From the NCBI GenBank assembly GCA_000002445.1, contig CM000208.1, positions 96,001-160,000 on the forward strand: a stretch of DNA of 64,000 bases, in the 5' to 3' direction. This stretch comes from Trypanosoma brucei. Lineage: Eukaryota. Within the stretch, counting starts at the first letter, position 1. Every line of letters starts with the position of its first letter. This document shows positions 21,730 to 33,800 of this stretch, piece by piece. A program made the position numbers and the translations under genes. The notes under the pieces were generated by a model that saw only the letters and a list, made by a program, of their open reading frames with translations, was not told the origin of the DNA and did no database searches.

Positions 21730-22671
21730 AATAGATGTTTTTTCGCGCTTTTCCCTAATATTAACCGTCGGCGTTTTCGACTGAAAAGTTACCTAGGTGG
21801 AGAATAGCACTGTGTGGATGCCATGCCGTGGAAGGGACTGCTTCTTGCGAGTGCGCTTGTATATGCGTTGGTCCCATGTCTCCAGCAGTTGCGTTATACC
21901 TTACATGTGGAGTAGATTACTCACTGTTACACACGCCAAAACGCGTGGCATACTTCTTGTTCTTTTTTTCTTTCATTTGTGTTGGTTGCTTGCATACCGT
22001 GGGCCGGTTGTGGGTAATGACAAGAGGTTTGGTTGCTTTCTCATATGCGATTGTACGCGAATCAGTATATACATATATATTTATATATATCTACATATGT
22101 GTGATTTGAATTATCATATTCACTTTATTTTCTGTTTGTACACACCAGTGCTGTTGGGATATTATAATGGGTAGAGTTACATTCGAGACTTTTAATCCAC
22201 GCTCTTCGCTCCACCCTAACAAGCAAACACACAAACATACATACACAAAAAGGAAACAGAAAGGGGCATACGTACTGGTTATTCAAGGGCTCCATTAGGC
22301 TTGTAGGTATTTTACTACACTGGTGTCACGGATTTACGCCTCCTGTTAACTGGTGTGAGTGAAGAGGTTGGGGTCTCACCAAAGGAGAGGAAGGGTTTTG
22401 TATTCGTTAGGACGGTGGAATATTACAGTCGGAAATTAGAGGAAGGAACTACTGCCCACACGGGCATCGTAGCGTATACATCCCCTCCATATTTTCGTCC
22501 CCCGGTTTCTTTTAGTGAGTCCATTTACGGATTGTAGCACAAGGCGGGGTTATTGAGGGTTTATTATTTTTGGTTTATTCATTCACTCATTCACTCACTT
22601 ACTAGTGTATATATAAATAAATATACATACGTACGCACTTACATTTCGCATCTCACACTTAGTGTCAGTGA

Positions 22672-24966
22672 ATGGAGAATTACACCCAACTTCGTGTGTT
22701 GGGGAAAGGTAGCTTTGGCTCCGCATGGTTAGTGCAACGTCGAAGCGACCGCGTGAAGTTTGTAGCTAAAGAGGTGAGATTAGCCGGTTTACGGCCTGCC
22801 GAACGGGACAGTGCCAAACGCGAGATTGACCTTCTTCGTACTCTTCACCATCCAAATATTACGCGATATGTGGACCATTTTGAACACCGTGGTGCGTTGT
22901 ATATTGTAATGGAGTATGCAGACGGTGGGGATCTGTATTCAGCAATTAGAAATCGCAGAGGCACGCGTTTCTCTGAAAAAGAGATTTTACACTATTTTTC
23001 ACAGCTGTGTTTGGCTATGCTGCATTTGCATGAAAAGCACATTTTGCACCGTGACCTGAAAACGCAAAACGTTTTTCTGACGAGTGATGGGGTTGTTAAA
23101 TTGGGTGACTTTGGTATTAGTACCGTGTTACGCAACACATTCGAACTGAAGCGGACAGTGTGCGGAACTCCGTATTATTTTTCGCCGGAGCTGTGCCTTA
23201 ATAAACCGTACAACAATAAGAGTGATGTATGGGCCCTTGGCTGCATTTTATATGAACTGACGACCCTGACGCATGCTTTCGACGGAAACAATATGAAGGC
23301 CCTCGTACAGAAAATTCTAAAGGGTAGCTACCCGCCTATCCATAGTAGTTATTCGACTAGTTTGTCTAAGCTCATATCGTCAATGCTTCAGATTGATCCC
23401 CAACGGCGTCCAAGTGTTAGCGAAATTATTTCATCTCCATACATACGTGAGTCACTCTCATTACTGCAACGAGTGGTCAAAGATGCCCACAATAATAAAG
23501 GGCCATGCCAACTAGCAGGTGACAAGGAGCGGGCAGCAGCTGGATTTAAACAGCAGGAAAAGGCCCAGGAGGCCCCCATGCGGGCTGAAGAACGCCGTAA
23601 AGAAGAACACGCAAAGGCAATGCATGCTGCAAAGGAGCGATTACAACTCCGCATGCAAGGTGAAGCTCGAAATCGTGAAAATGAAGAGAAGTTGCGGCAA
23701 CTGAAGCTGGACCAACGCCAAGCGGAAGTGGAGCAGAAGATAAGAAAACAAGAATTGGAAGCCCGTGTGCGGGAGCAGCGAAAACTACTTGAAAAGCGAG
23801 CCAAAGCGCACGCACTGTTGGAGAAACAAAGGGAAGAGGAATGGGAGCGCAACATGAGGGAGCATGCAGAGGAAGTTAGGCGAGGCCAAGGAGAGGAGGG
23901 TTGTGCACGTGACAACAGAGAAACAAACGCTCCTAACGATAGACCGTGTAATCGATACGGTGATGGTGGACGGCGGTCTCCATTGAAAGTCCCACCTTCT
24001 CCAACAGCAGCAGCAGAGTTGTACCGTGAGATGCGCCGCCAGGCAGCCCTGAATAAGCAGCGCTTTATGGAAGAGATGAAAGTAGAGCAACCACCTCCTG
24101 CCGTTAGCGGGCAACCCAACGGGAATGGGAAATTACCACCGAATAGGGGAGGGAACGCGTTGGGTAACCCTCTGGGGAATGGCCAGCAGCCGCAACCGAT
24201 ATCACCACTAGACGATATGGAAGCACGCCGCAAGGCTTATTGGGATATGCGGCGGGAGGCAGAAGAGAACAGGCGACGAGCACTGGCTTTAGAGGCAGGT
24301 CCAAGCGCTGTGCAGGTGGAACAACCCGAAGCGGCACCCCCTAAGGAATCGGCAATGCCACACATAGTGAAAAAGCCTGCACCACAGCAACGGCCGCAAG
24401 CCAATGATAACAAACCAAAGGATGTTTGCCCTTTGCTCTATGCAAAGCGCACCGCCAACAATGAGGGCCCGCCGTCGCCACAACTGGAGCCGAACACTCC
24501 CGCCAATAGGGTTGGAGTCTACCCTGAAGTTAGTCGCGCAGATTCTCCAGATAGTGGGACGGAGGTGAAGAGAGACGAGGATTATAACGCACTCCAGACT
24601 CTTATAGACAGGGCGCTGACAAAGAAGGGCGATCGTGAGAGTGATGAAGACTTCAATGATGAAGCGTTCGTGGACTCTGATATATCACGTTTTGTGCTGG
24701 ATGGACGGACACTCGTGCTTCCGAAAGTGCAAGCCACAGATCCATTGATGCACCGTATCGAGTCTCTTCGCCTTTTCCTTGAGGGCGAACTTGGCGAGTC
24801 CAAACTCTTGGGAGCTTACCGGCAGATGAATGATATTAGTGCGGACGACGACGAAGCAATGCAGCGTGTTCGGGATGAACTTCCAGAAGCCCACCATAAA
24901 TACATCCCAATCATTGCCCAACTGATTGTGTGCGAAGATGCATTTAATCGTCAAATGCTGCGGTAG
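22672..24966 (+). CDS. NEK-family (NIMA-related) serine/threonine protein kinase with C-terminal coiled-coil/charged region
   Basis: The N-terminal kinase domain carries LGKGSFGSAWLV, VAKEV, HRDLKTQNVFL, DFGIS and the NEK-typical GTPYYFSPELC. It is followed by an Arg/Glu/Lys-rich coiled-coil (EERRKEEHAKAMHAAKERLQLRMQGEARNRENEEKLRQLKLDQRQAEVEQKIRKQELEARVREQRKLLEKRAK). Confidence 0.9.
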   Translation: MENYTQLRVLGKGSFGSAWLVQRRSDRVKFVAKEVRLAGLRPAERDSAKREIDLLRTLHHPNITRYVDHFEHRGALYIVMEYADGGDLYSAIRNRRGTRFSEKEILHYFSQLCLAMLHLHEKHILHRDLKTQNVFLTSDGVVKLGDFGISTVLRNTFELKRTVCGTPYYFSPELCLNKPYNNKSDVWALGCILYELTTLTHAFDGNNMKALVQKILKGSYPPIHSSYSTSLSKLISSMLQIDPQRRPSVSEIISSPYIRESLSLLQRVVKDAHNNKGPCQLAGDKERAAAGFKQQEKAQEAPMRAEERRKEEHAKAMHAAKERLQLRMQGEARNRENEEKLRQLKLDQRQAEVEQKIRKQELEARVREQRKLLEKRAKAHALLEKQREEEWERNMREHAEEVRRGQGEEGCARDNRETNAPNDRPCNRYGDGGRRSPLKVPPSPTAAAELYREMRRQAALNKQRFMEEMKVEQPPPAVSGQPNGNGKLPPNRGGNALGNPLGNGQQPQPISPLDDMEARRKAYWDMRREAEENRRRALALEAGPSAVQVEQPEAAPPKESAMPHIVKKPAPQQRPQANDNKPKDVCPLLYAKRTANNEGPPSPQLEPNTPANRVGVYPEVSRADSPDSGTEVKRDEDYNALQTLIDRALTKKGDRESDEDFNDEAFVDSDISRFVLDGRTLVLPKVQATDPLMHRIESLRLFLEGELGESKLLGAYRQMNDISADDDEAMQRVRDELPEAHHKYIPIIAQLIVCEDAFNRQMLR

Positions 24967-26437
24967 GGCTGGCACCGGTACATGTTTTTCTTTAGGGTGC
25001 GATTCCCATGAGTGGAGTGTAGCTTTAGATTTGTTGCTGAAAGAATATATCGGACTGTCAACTTCGTTTAGTTACTGTTTCCTCTTTTGGTATTTTTTTG
25101 TTTCTTTCAATTTGCTAGCGCCTAGTTGATTCACGTGGTTGTTTCTTTGTTTGTAGGCTGTTATGTGGGCTCTGAGGGTTCTAGAACCATCTTCGTGTCA
25201 TTTTGTTTTTTCTTTACTAATTCACCTCCCTTCTGATTTTTTCTTGTGGAAGAAGGGCCAACTAGGAGGAGGATTATAAAGGAAGAGGAGAAAGGTGCTG
25301 TTCTTTTCTTTTCAATCGGCATGCCACAGGAAGTGTTGTTTTCATTAACCAGCGCTCTCCTTTTACTTTACTCGTGATCTGCTGAATGTATATATTTCAC
25401 TTTTTGTTTACTTCAGTCGTAGTGTTGAGTCTTTTTTATTCCTCCCTTTTCTCTTTTTTCCAGAGAGGGATGCGGGGATGCCCTTTCTTGTATTCTGTTA
25501 TTTTTCGTCTGCCTCCCCACGACGGAGAGGATTGTTTCTTTCCTTTGTTTTTCATTTACCTCACTTCGCTTCCATCAGCGAAAACTGCACTTGGAAATGA
25601 TTACTTGGAATACAGAACGAGTCATATCAGAAGGAGTTGCGAACCACCAACAGTCCGGTTGCGGGTTTTATTCTCTCTTTCTTTTTTTTCGCAATCGCGT
25701 TTCAAGGAGATAAAGATCCCCCTTTTCGCAGTATTTTGTCTGTTGGGTTGGTGGTATTGTACATTTTAAAGAAAACTAAATTTGGTTCGTTGTGTTGCTC
25801 GCATGTTGGTAGTGGGAAAAGGGGGGGGTGGTTTGTTTCGTCTATTTTTCCTTCCCAACACCACCACACATCACGGAGACCCAAACGCCCACCCCTGTTG
25901 TGGTGTGCTTCATGTCTTTTTCATTAATATTTTTGGACTTTCTTCTACCTACCGGAACCTAGGAATTATTCACCAAAATGAGTGAATGTATACACAAATA
26001 TGTTGTCTCCCGATACCCATCCGTTTGTTTATAAACGAGGTTGCTCTTAAGCGAGCCGCCACCTGAAGAAAAGTTATGCGTGAGGTGAAACCATGTAACC
26101 TGCAAACATACAAGGATGTTTTATTCTTTTTTGTTATGTGGGGTCAAATTTGACATGCTGCCTCTGTTGCTATTACGGATAACTTGTTTTTATTCATTTC
26201 TTACGTCTCCATGTTTGACCTCATTCTTATGTTTGTGGGCAAGTACGTGGCACTAAATCAGAAGGTGGTCGCTGCACTCGTAGGTGGACGCACAGACAAA
26301 ACATACTCACAACTAACAGTTGACCCCTCAACGCCATCGCAGTTACCGTTGTACCCTTCGCCTTCATCAAGGGACTGTCCGTTTTTTTTTGCCCTGTTAT
26401 TAACCTCAAACTACCCTAACATCATTGGCATCAAATA

Positions 26438-28015
26438 ATGCGGTGCAACAAAGCATTACATCGGTATGATGCTGTTGTGGTGGGTGGGGGTCTTGCGGGG
26501 TGCCTTGTCGCCGGCCGTCTTGCGATGGACAACCGGCGGATTGCCGTTATTGAAGAGGGTGAAGATATTCGGCGACAGCCCCGGTGGCATCGTAACTTGG
26601 CATGTAGCCTCCTGTCGCATAGATGCGGGGGCCGTGGTTACGAGAGCCATACCAACGTTACAACTCCTCAGCTTTCGCATGAAAAGGAAAATGCCCCTGC
26701 ACCCGTCATGATTCCAACACCGAAAGTGCTTGGCGGTGGCGGAGTCATGGGAGGCCGGTCATGGCTTATTGGTGATGAGGCGGATTGGACTGCAACTCCA
26801 TGGGACTTCCGTGGTGATCTTTTACCTCGTGTGCAACGCTTGGAAAATGTGGAAGGCGCAGGCCCACACCGCGGTCGTCGGGGGAGGTTTACCGTTGGTC
26901 GCTCGCACGCCCAATCTCCACTTTTTAGGGTATTTTGCGAAGCAATGTCAAAAGACACGTCAATAACAAGTGATTTCAACAAGAAGGCGTTTGCTGTGCG
27001 GACGGGTTGCGGGCGTACTGAGTCTTTTGTAGACCCAAATACAGGTGTGGCGCATACCACACTGCAGAGTTACTTGATGGACGCCATCGAACTTAGGCGA
27101 CCGCTAGACGTGATATGCAACGCGAGAGTCTTTGGTATCAGCAGCGGTAAGGACGACCCGGCTATTGCAACTGGTGTCTCCTACACCCAAAAGGGTGAAA
27201 CGGTGCATGTTGAAGCAGATGATGTTATTCTTTGCGCTGGAGGGATCGGTACACCATTACTCTTAGCTGCATCCCGCGGTCCACTTCCCATCGACCAGTC
27301 GGTTGGCACAAATTTTTGGGATGCACCGCAGGTGAAGCTCCAATTTCGTACCCCATCGTCGCTCAGTCACAATTGCTTCATGGACCCGTTGGTGCAGGCA
27401 TTTTTGTGGCCCAATGTAACGTACGGCACCCCTATTAGTTCCCTGCGTTCTGCATATGACGACATGATTTGTTTCTGGTCGAGCACAGGAGGACAAACCC
27501 CTGATGTAAAATTCATTTTTCAGCCGTTCACGCTCAACAATGACGGCTCACAACCGAAAAATGTGACTCATGGAGTGCAGATTATTGCTCAGCTGCTGAA
27601 GCCCAAAAGTCGCGGGTCCATATGCGCTGATGGCACCATTAACCCGCAGTATTTTTCCCATACGGATGATGCAGCAGTTCTCAGCAAAGCCGTGGCGCGA
27701 GTGAAGGAGCTGTCGAAGGTATTGCCTTTTTCTAACCTTTTTTCTGAACTTATTGCTGAGCATTTTGAGTCAGCAGGCGTCTACGGCGGGGCAACGTACC
27801 CGGCGGTCGCACCTGAGACATTTCTCGTGAAAGGTACGCGAAACGTGTATGCATGTGACGAAAGTATTTTGCCCTCCCCATTGTTAGGTGGATCTCTGCC
27901 TTTTATATTGGCTTTAGGGGAAAAATTTAGTGATCATTATTTGCAGAAACTGGAGACTACCGGTAAAGCAGCTGCATCGGAAGGTATCGATGCGAAGGCG
28001 CGTATAATTTATTGA
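26438..28015 (+). CDS. GMC-family FAD oxidoreductase (choline dehydrogenase-like)
   Basis: The N-terminal FAD-binding Rossmann motif is YDAVVVGGGLAGCLVAGRLAMD. The 525-aa length and internal GMC-like segments (GGGGVMGGRSWLIGDEADW; ...ILCAGGIGTPLLL...) fit glucose-methanol-choline oxidoreductases. Confidence 0.8.
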   Translation: MRCNKALHRYDAVVVGGGLAGCLVAGRLAMDNRRIAVIEEGEDIRRQPRWHRNLACSLLSHRCGGRGYESHTNVTTPQLSHEKENAPAPVMIPTPKVLGGGGVMGGRSWLIGDEADWTATPWDFRGDLLPRVQRLENVEGAGPHRGRRGRFTVGRSHAQSPLFRVFCEAMSKDTSITSDFNKKAFAVRTGCGRTESFVDPNTGVAHTTLQSYLMDAIELRRPLDVICNARVFGISSGKDDPAIATGVSYTQKGETVHVEADDVILCAGGIGTPLLLAASRGPLPIDQSVGTNFWDAPQVKLQFRTPSSLSHNCFMDPLVQAFLWPNVTYGTPISSLRSAYDDMICFWSSTGGQTPDVKFIFQPFTLNNDGSQPKNVTHGVQIIAQLLKPKSRGSICADGTINPQYFSHTDDAAVLSKAVARVKELSKVLPFSNLFSELIAEHFESAGVYGGATYPAVAPETFLVKGTRNVYACDESILPSPLLGGSLPFILALGEKFSDHYLQKLETTGKAAASEGIDAKARIIY

Positions 28016-28043
28016 TTACTGTGGATACACATGTACATGTACA

Positions 28044-28044
<1 letters not shown>

Positions 28045-28080
<36 letters not shown>

Positions 28081-28106
28081 TTATTTATTTATTTATTTAT
28101 TTATAT
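28045..28106. repeat. (TA)n followed by (TTTA)n microsatellite
   Basis: The run catatatatatatatatatatatatatatatatatttatttatttatttatttatttatttata lies immediately 3' of the GMC oxidoreductase stop. Confidence 0.9.
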
Positions 28107-29500
28107 GTGCACGCCACATTCCAAAAGTTGTCTATTGTTTCTCCAGTTAATTGTCTCCATCTTCTTTTGGCAGTGGAGCGGCCTGTTGCGTTGTTGTTTT
28201 GAATGCAGGCTCATGCGAAGGGGGCGGAGAGAATAAAACATAAGCAAGGTAGTTTTTTCATTTTATTTTTTTCCTTTTGTTGATGGAAACAAAGGTAGAG
28301 AAGATGAAGAAGGTGGAAACCTTGGGTTTGAGTCATTATTTTATTTATTTTGTGTGTATGTGTCTGCGCGGCCTCGTTTCGTTTTTTCAATAATTTATCA
28401 CTTATCGTATTCTCTGTTGTTTCCCTCCCTTTGTTTTGTTTAGGTCTCACATATCGATGTTGAGCGGATGCATGCTGTGCTAATGCGTTACCGGGTTATA
28501 TGAAGTGTTGTGTTCATCCATGTAAATGTGTGAGGGAAATGGATTGCAAGGTCTTTCATGTGGAGCAGCTCTCAACAGTGTTTTACCTTTCAATGCATTA
28601 CAGTGTGTTTATATCAGTTGTATTGATATGGTGCCAATTGATGCCTTACTGTTTTATTGCACTCAACTCAACTCTCTTTCAATCCCATCTTTTTTTTTCT
28701 TTTTAATTTCTCTCTGCTTGTCACCACGTATTAAACTACCTAAGCTATAGCACCAGGAGTCCATTCAAGCAAAAAGCCAGTCACAAGCATAAACAAATCG
28801 TTTATTTTGTTAAACGTGTAAAAGGCAAGAAAAAAAAGCGGGGGAAAAAAAAGGAAACAAAAAGGTGTATAAAAGGGGAGAGGAACCGAAAGATTGAGGT
28901 TGGTTTGAAGGCTCACCAAAAATACGTCTCTTTCTTTATCTGTTCCTTTATTATTTTGTTTACTTCAGTCAGGTGTTGTGAAGGGTAAAGAAGCAAAGCA
29001 AAAAAAGTAATAAATAAATAAAGTGTAAATAAGAAACAGTGGACACGATTGACAAACAAGGGAGATAGAGAAGTCCGCACGATAGACAGGTGAGGAAGAG
29101 CGTAAAGTGAATTCCAACAAAAGAGAAAAGACACAGAAGAAGAGCTTAAGAGAAAAGAGGAAAGCGCCTGAAATTTGAAAAAAAAAAAGGTGATTGTATC
29201 TGGGGAATTTTGTTGCATATAGAAGAAGGGAAGAAAACAAAGAAGAGGCAAAGATAACACAAAATTGGAACCGAGGCTCTGTCTGCGTGTGTGTGTGTGT
29301 TTGTGCCGAGTTCGCTTGCTGCTATTTCGGGATATTTTCTCTGCTTTTCTTTATTCGTGAAGAAGTACTCATACGCGTGACACAGTCGGACTAATCATTA
29401 GTGCTACAAAATAGCAGTCTTTTCCTAACTCAGGAATTGTCTGTTTTCTTTTTTTCTTTTTTTCGTATTTGTCGGCCGCTGGTACTTTGTAACAACCACC

Positions 29501-30802
29501 ATGGTTGATGTTAATGGAACGACAATTTTGACCTCTACGGTAGGGGGGTCCTCGCAGTCCAAATGTATTAAAAACACCAATGATTTCAACAATTCGCTAA
29601 CGAGGGCACGAAAACCACTTGGAATGCCTCAACTGGATGAGAAGCAACTGGAAGTGGGCGCCCCGGAGTCCACAGCACTTAACGCTCCTTTTGTAATGCA
29701 TGATGGTCTCGCAGCTCCGGCACCACCCGCCACGATGGAAAATGCGGCGCCGCCTATCGGTTTGGGTGGTCCTGTGCTTCTTGTGGGACCCGGAAGCCCA
29801 TACAATGCGGGAAATCTCTTCACCATTGACAATTCACAGGGAAATGCGGCATTTGTGACACTCTGCCAGCAGCCTTCCTTCCACTATCAACAACCAGCAC
29901 CACAACCTACTGTAGTGGATCAGGAAGTCGCACTTACACATAAATGTCTCCAAGAGTGCCCGCGGGCCGTGCTGGTGGCGGCTCTTACTTCCCTACTAGA
30001 GGAGTTCCCACTATTATGTCCAATCATTCGTCAACGCTGTGAAAAGGCCACAATGGTCTTACCGAAACAACAACAACATCAACAACAGCAACAACAGCAG
30101 CAGCAGCAACAACATCAACTTCAACATCAACAACAGGGAATAACGGGGCGGTTCGCTGGACTTACTCAATCTGCTGTCCCATGGGCTGCTCATCCTCCAA
30201 CTGCCAGTTATGACACCCAACGAACCACTCTTATTTCCACTGGTGGCAACTCACCGCAAACGGGGGGCTCTCGCAAGGGCCGTGGCAACAAATCCCGTGA
30301 GGAAGGCATTTGTAGCCTACACAATAATGTACGCTCCATGAACCATCTGCAACTCAATAAACAAAAAGGCGTGTATGAATGTGTCAGTGGCTTTCATTGC
30401 CTTGAAGACGGTTGCTCTGGCTCAGCCTCTCCTGCAAGTACAAAAGTGGCTCGCACTCCCTTAGCGCCAGTTGGGGTTTCACAAGTGCGCGGAGGAGACG
30501 GTCGCGGTGTTGCCTCCTTTGCTGCTATGAGTGGAGGAAATCTTATGGCAAGTTCGAAACTATCAGCACCTGTGGGATCAATTCAAGCTCCTAAAGATCA
30601 ATTCAGTGATTTCATGGCTAACAGTTTGGATAGCGGACTCACTCCATTCCGTGGAGACGTAAGCCTTGGAAACAGCGGTATTGTACCGTGTGATGATCCT
30701 CAAACCGCAGAGGGAAGTGAAACTATTGATCTCGATAGCAGCGTCGTGACATTAAAAAGTATCCTGCACAGCGTCCGAATGGTGGCTGAAATGGAAGAGT
30801 AA
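29501..30802 (+). CDS. hypothetical protein with polyglutamine tract
   Basis: The 433-aa ORF starts at an ATG. An internal Q-run (KQQQHQQQQQQQQQQQHQLQHQQQ) is encoded by a mixed CAA/CAG repeat at about 30067-30136. The protein is followed by a ~4.5 kb gene-free T-rich region. No conserved domain was recognised. Confidence 0.5.
   Translation: MVDVNGTTILTSTVGGSSQSKCIKNTNDFNNSLTRARKPLGMPQLDEKQLEVGAPESTALNAPFVMHDGLAAPAPPATMENAAPPIGLGGPVLLVGPGSPYNAGNLFTIDNSQGNAAFVTLCQQPSFHYQQPAPQPTVVDQEVALTHKCLQECPRAVLVAALTSLLEEFPLLCPIIRQRCEKATMVLPKQQQHQQQQQQQQQQQHQLQHQQQGITGRFAGLTQSAVPWAAHPPTASYDTQRTTLISTGGNSPQTGGSRKGRGNKSREEGICSLHNNVRSMNHLQLNKQKGVYECVSGFHCLEDGCSGSASPASTKVARTPLAPVGVSQVRGGDGRGVASFAAMSGGNLMASSKLSAPVGSIQAPKDQFSDFMANSLDSGLTPFRGDVSLGNSGIVPCDDPQTAEGSETIDLDSSVVTLKSILHSVRMVAEMEE
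30067..30136 (+). repeat. (CAA/CAG)n trinucleotide repeat encoding polyQ
   Basis: The run aacaacaacatcaacaacagcaacaacagcagcagcagcaacaacatcaacttcaacatcaacaacag is seen directly in the sequence. Confidence 0.9.
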
Positions 30803-33800
30803 CATTTGTTTTTGTGAAAGTGGCGTGCATGCGGATGAAAAAATGAAGCGCAAAGCAGTAAAAAGAAAAACAAAAAATAAAATAAAATAAGAAACAAAAA
30901 GGAAGAAAGGAAACCTTCTCCTTCACATTCCTTCCCTCTCCCCCGTTGACCAGCCTGGTCAGAAAAAAAAAAAGGAAAGATCATGAAGATGTGCAAATAT
31001 GCCGGTTTGGGGTTTCGTTAGAAATCAGATTGAAAAGTGAGTTATCCCCTTTTTATTTTTTATTTTATGCATTTTTATCCGTTGATTTGTACTTTATTTA
31101 TTGCCCACATGAGTTAGCGGTTGTGATTTAGAAGGAGAAATGTCTTCTCCCTTTCTCTTTTCTTCTGGTTTTATCATATTTATTTTTTTTTCTCTCTCTC
31201 TTTTACTACCGTTATTGTATTTGTCTTTCTTTTTTTTTATTTTTTATCTGGTTACGCGTCGAAAGGAGTGTGGTCCAAGCGCTGGGAACATTTGCTCAGG
31301 TGCGCGTCTGCCTCCATATGGGGCCCTTTAAGAAACTAATGAGAAAAAAAAAGGAAAAAAAAATGAAACAAATGTTTTATTGCAGCAAAGGAAACAGTCG
31401 CTGCTTTTCTCTTTTTTTGTTTCCCTTTGATCCCATCAGAGTGCATCCTGTAAAGTTTCTCTTTTTTTTTCCCCCTTTTCCACGTGCATTTGTATATATT
31501 TTCTATCGGGTTTTATTTTTTTTTTGTGTGTTTGTTTTTTTCTTCCGTTGTGTGACAGCATCCGTATATATAAATATATATATTATTTATTTTCCTTTTT
31601 ACGTATTTTATTTAATTACAACCTCGAGAAATCATCATTACCACACGTGCGCAGTCGTAACTGCCTCTTTTTTTTTCTTTTTCTTTTTAACATTTCTTCA
31701 CTCAAATATGTACTTTTGTTTCCATGTGAGTGAATGAATGTGCGACATTCCGTGACAATTCTTCCGTCACCCATAGTAATCCTCATCGTATCTCTGATTT
31801 ATTTTCATTAATGTTATTCGCATTATTTTTTTCTTCATTTTTTATTATTATTTTTAAATTTAATCTTTCCTTCCTTATATTTATTACTGTTACCTTCCAC
31901 TTTTACAGTTATTTTATTTTTCTTTGTTTGGGGTAATTTAATTTAATTTAATTCGTGTCGTCGTCGTTGTTGTTGTTTTGTTATTATTTTCCTTTTATTG
32001 AAAGAAAAGGGGATTGAAAAAAAAAAGAAAAAAAGAAAAAAAGTGGAAATGAGAGTTGCGTTAACTGACGCAACTCCGTCGCTATGTTTTAATGAGTGAC
32101 ACGCGTGTCTTTTTTTTTAAAAAAAAAACCTCTCTTTCTTTCTTTTACTATTTTATTATTTTATTTCTCTCTTAAACACACGTACAAATTGCAAAAGCAA
32201 ATACACCAAAGAAAAACACATTTCATCATTCTCATTATTATTATTATTGTTGTTGGTGGTGGTGCTGTTTTTTTTTCCCCCCTCCTCCTCTTCCTTCTTC
32301 TGATTTATGTTATCGGCAATCTTATGTTTGCTCTCTGATGCATTTATGTTTTTCCTTTCTTTCTTTCTTATTTATTTATTTCTACTCCCTAACATCACTC
32401 ATGTCTTCGATATTTTACTACCTTTTTATGAGCTATTTATTTATGTTTGTGTTTATGTTTATGTGTGTGCCGGCAGCGACTTCCTGTCCTTATTATTCTT
32501 CATTATTATTTGTATTTATTTTCTGTTTGATCCGTTTTTTCCCCCCCTTTTACTCTGCCTTGTTATGTCATGTCTGTCCTTCTTTTTCTTTTTTTTTTTG
32601 GTTTTTACTGTTTTTTTTTTTACTTTTTGTATATCTTCATGGTAATTTATTTCCCCCTTTTGTTTTTTTCTTTCTATTATATATACGCAATGTGTAACAA
32701 ATATCCCTTTAAATATAATATCACTGTGTATGTGTGTGTGTCGCGCACCATTTGGCTCATAAATGTCATGTACCTCATTTCCCTTTCTTTCTTTCTGTTT
32801 AATTCATTCCTTCCTTTTATTCATTTATTTACTTATTTACTTAATCTGCTTTTTATTTTATAAAAAAAATATATATATATATATATATCCATCCATCCAT
32901 TCATCCATATATATATTAATATATTAATATATTTAATTATATTTATTTATATAAAAGAGTGCTGATATCAAATCGTTTCGAATTTTAACTCGTGTTTGCT
33001 TCGGGTTTTTTTTTACCCCTCCTCCTCTGCTGAATTGACAGGCGATTATCCAATGGAGATGGTTGATATTATTGTTATTATTAGTTTAACATATGCGTGT
33101 GTTATTTTTTATTCTAACGCAAAAGTGATGAAGAAAAAATAAAAAGAGATTATCTGCAACGTTTTATAAAAATAAAATAAAATAATTACTGTTGTTATTG
33201 TTGTTGTTGTTGTTGCTACTGCTATTATTATTATTATTTTTAAAAATATTATGAATATTTATTTCCTTTCTTTGATGTGTGATCGCATCTACTCCTCATT
33301 TTTCTCGAGTACATGTACCGAAAATGCCATAAATTCCGCTATTTTTTTTTTTTGCGTTTGTGTGGTGACAGAATTGTGAAGAAATTATTCAAAAAAAAAT
33401 AATAATTAAAAATGAACGAAAAAAAAAAGACGAAATAAAATAAATAATTATATATATATAAACAAATATTGATAAATTCAAGACGGTTATCTGACATGAG
33501 TGTTGTACAAAAAAAAAAAGAAGCAAAGAGTCGAGAAATTATAAAAGTGGTGGAAAAGTGCCTGAGAAAGAGTGACGGAGGGAGAAAATATGTTAAAATA
33601 TATAAATATATGTATTGTATTTTGTTTTTTTTTCTACCTCCCATTCCTTCTATGTTTTTCTATAGATTTATAAATAAATTAATAAAAATATACGCAAGAA
33701 AGCGTGTCTGAGTTTACATGTGGTCACTGCATCAATTTCATTACGAGAAGGACCGGCAAGTGACGAACCGCAATGTATAATAAATATATATATTTTTTTC

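Noticed and set aside
23388-24233. 281-aa - strand ORF antisense to the NEK kinase C-terminal region
   Set aside because: It overlaps a well-supported + strand gene. It is Ser/Ala/Arg-rich and reflects GC-rich coding sequence read in the reverse frame.
31140-32863. Several + strand ORFs (63-155 aa) such as 31270..31737 and 32338..32697
   Set aside because: Their translations are poly-F/L/S low-complexity, produced by T-runs in the gene desert. They are not protein-like.
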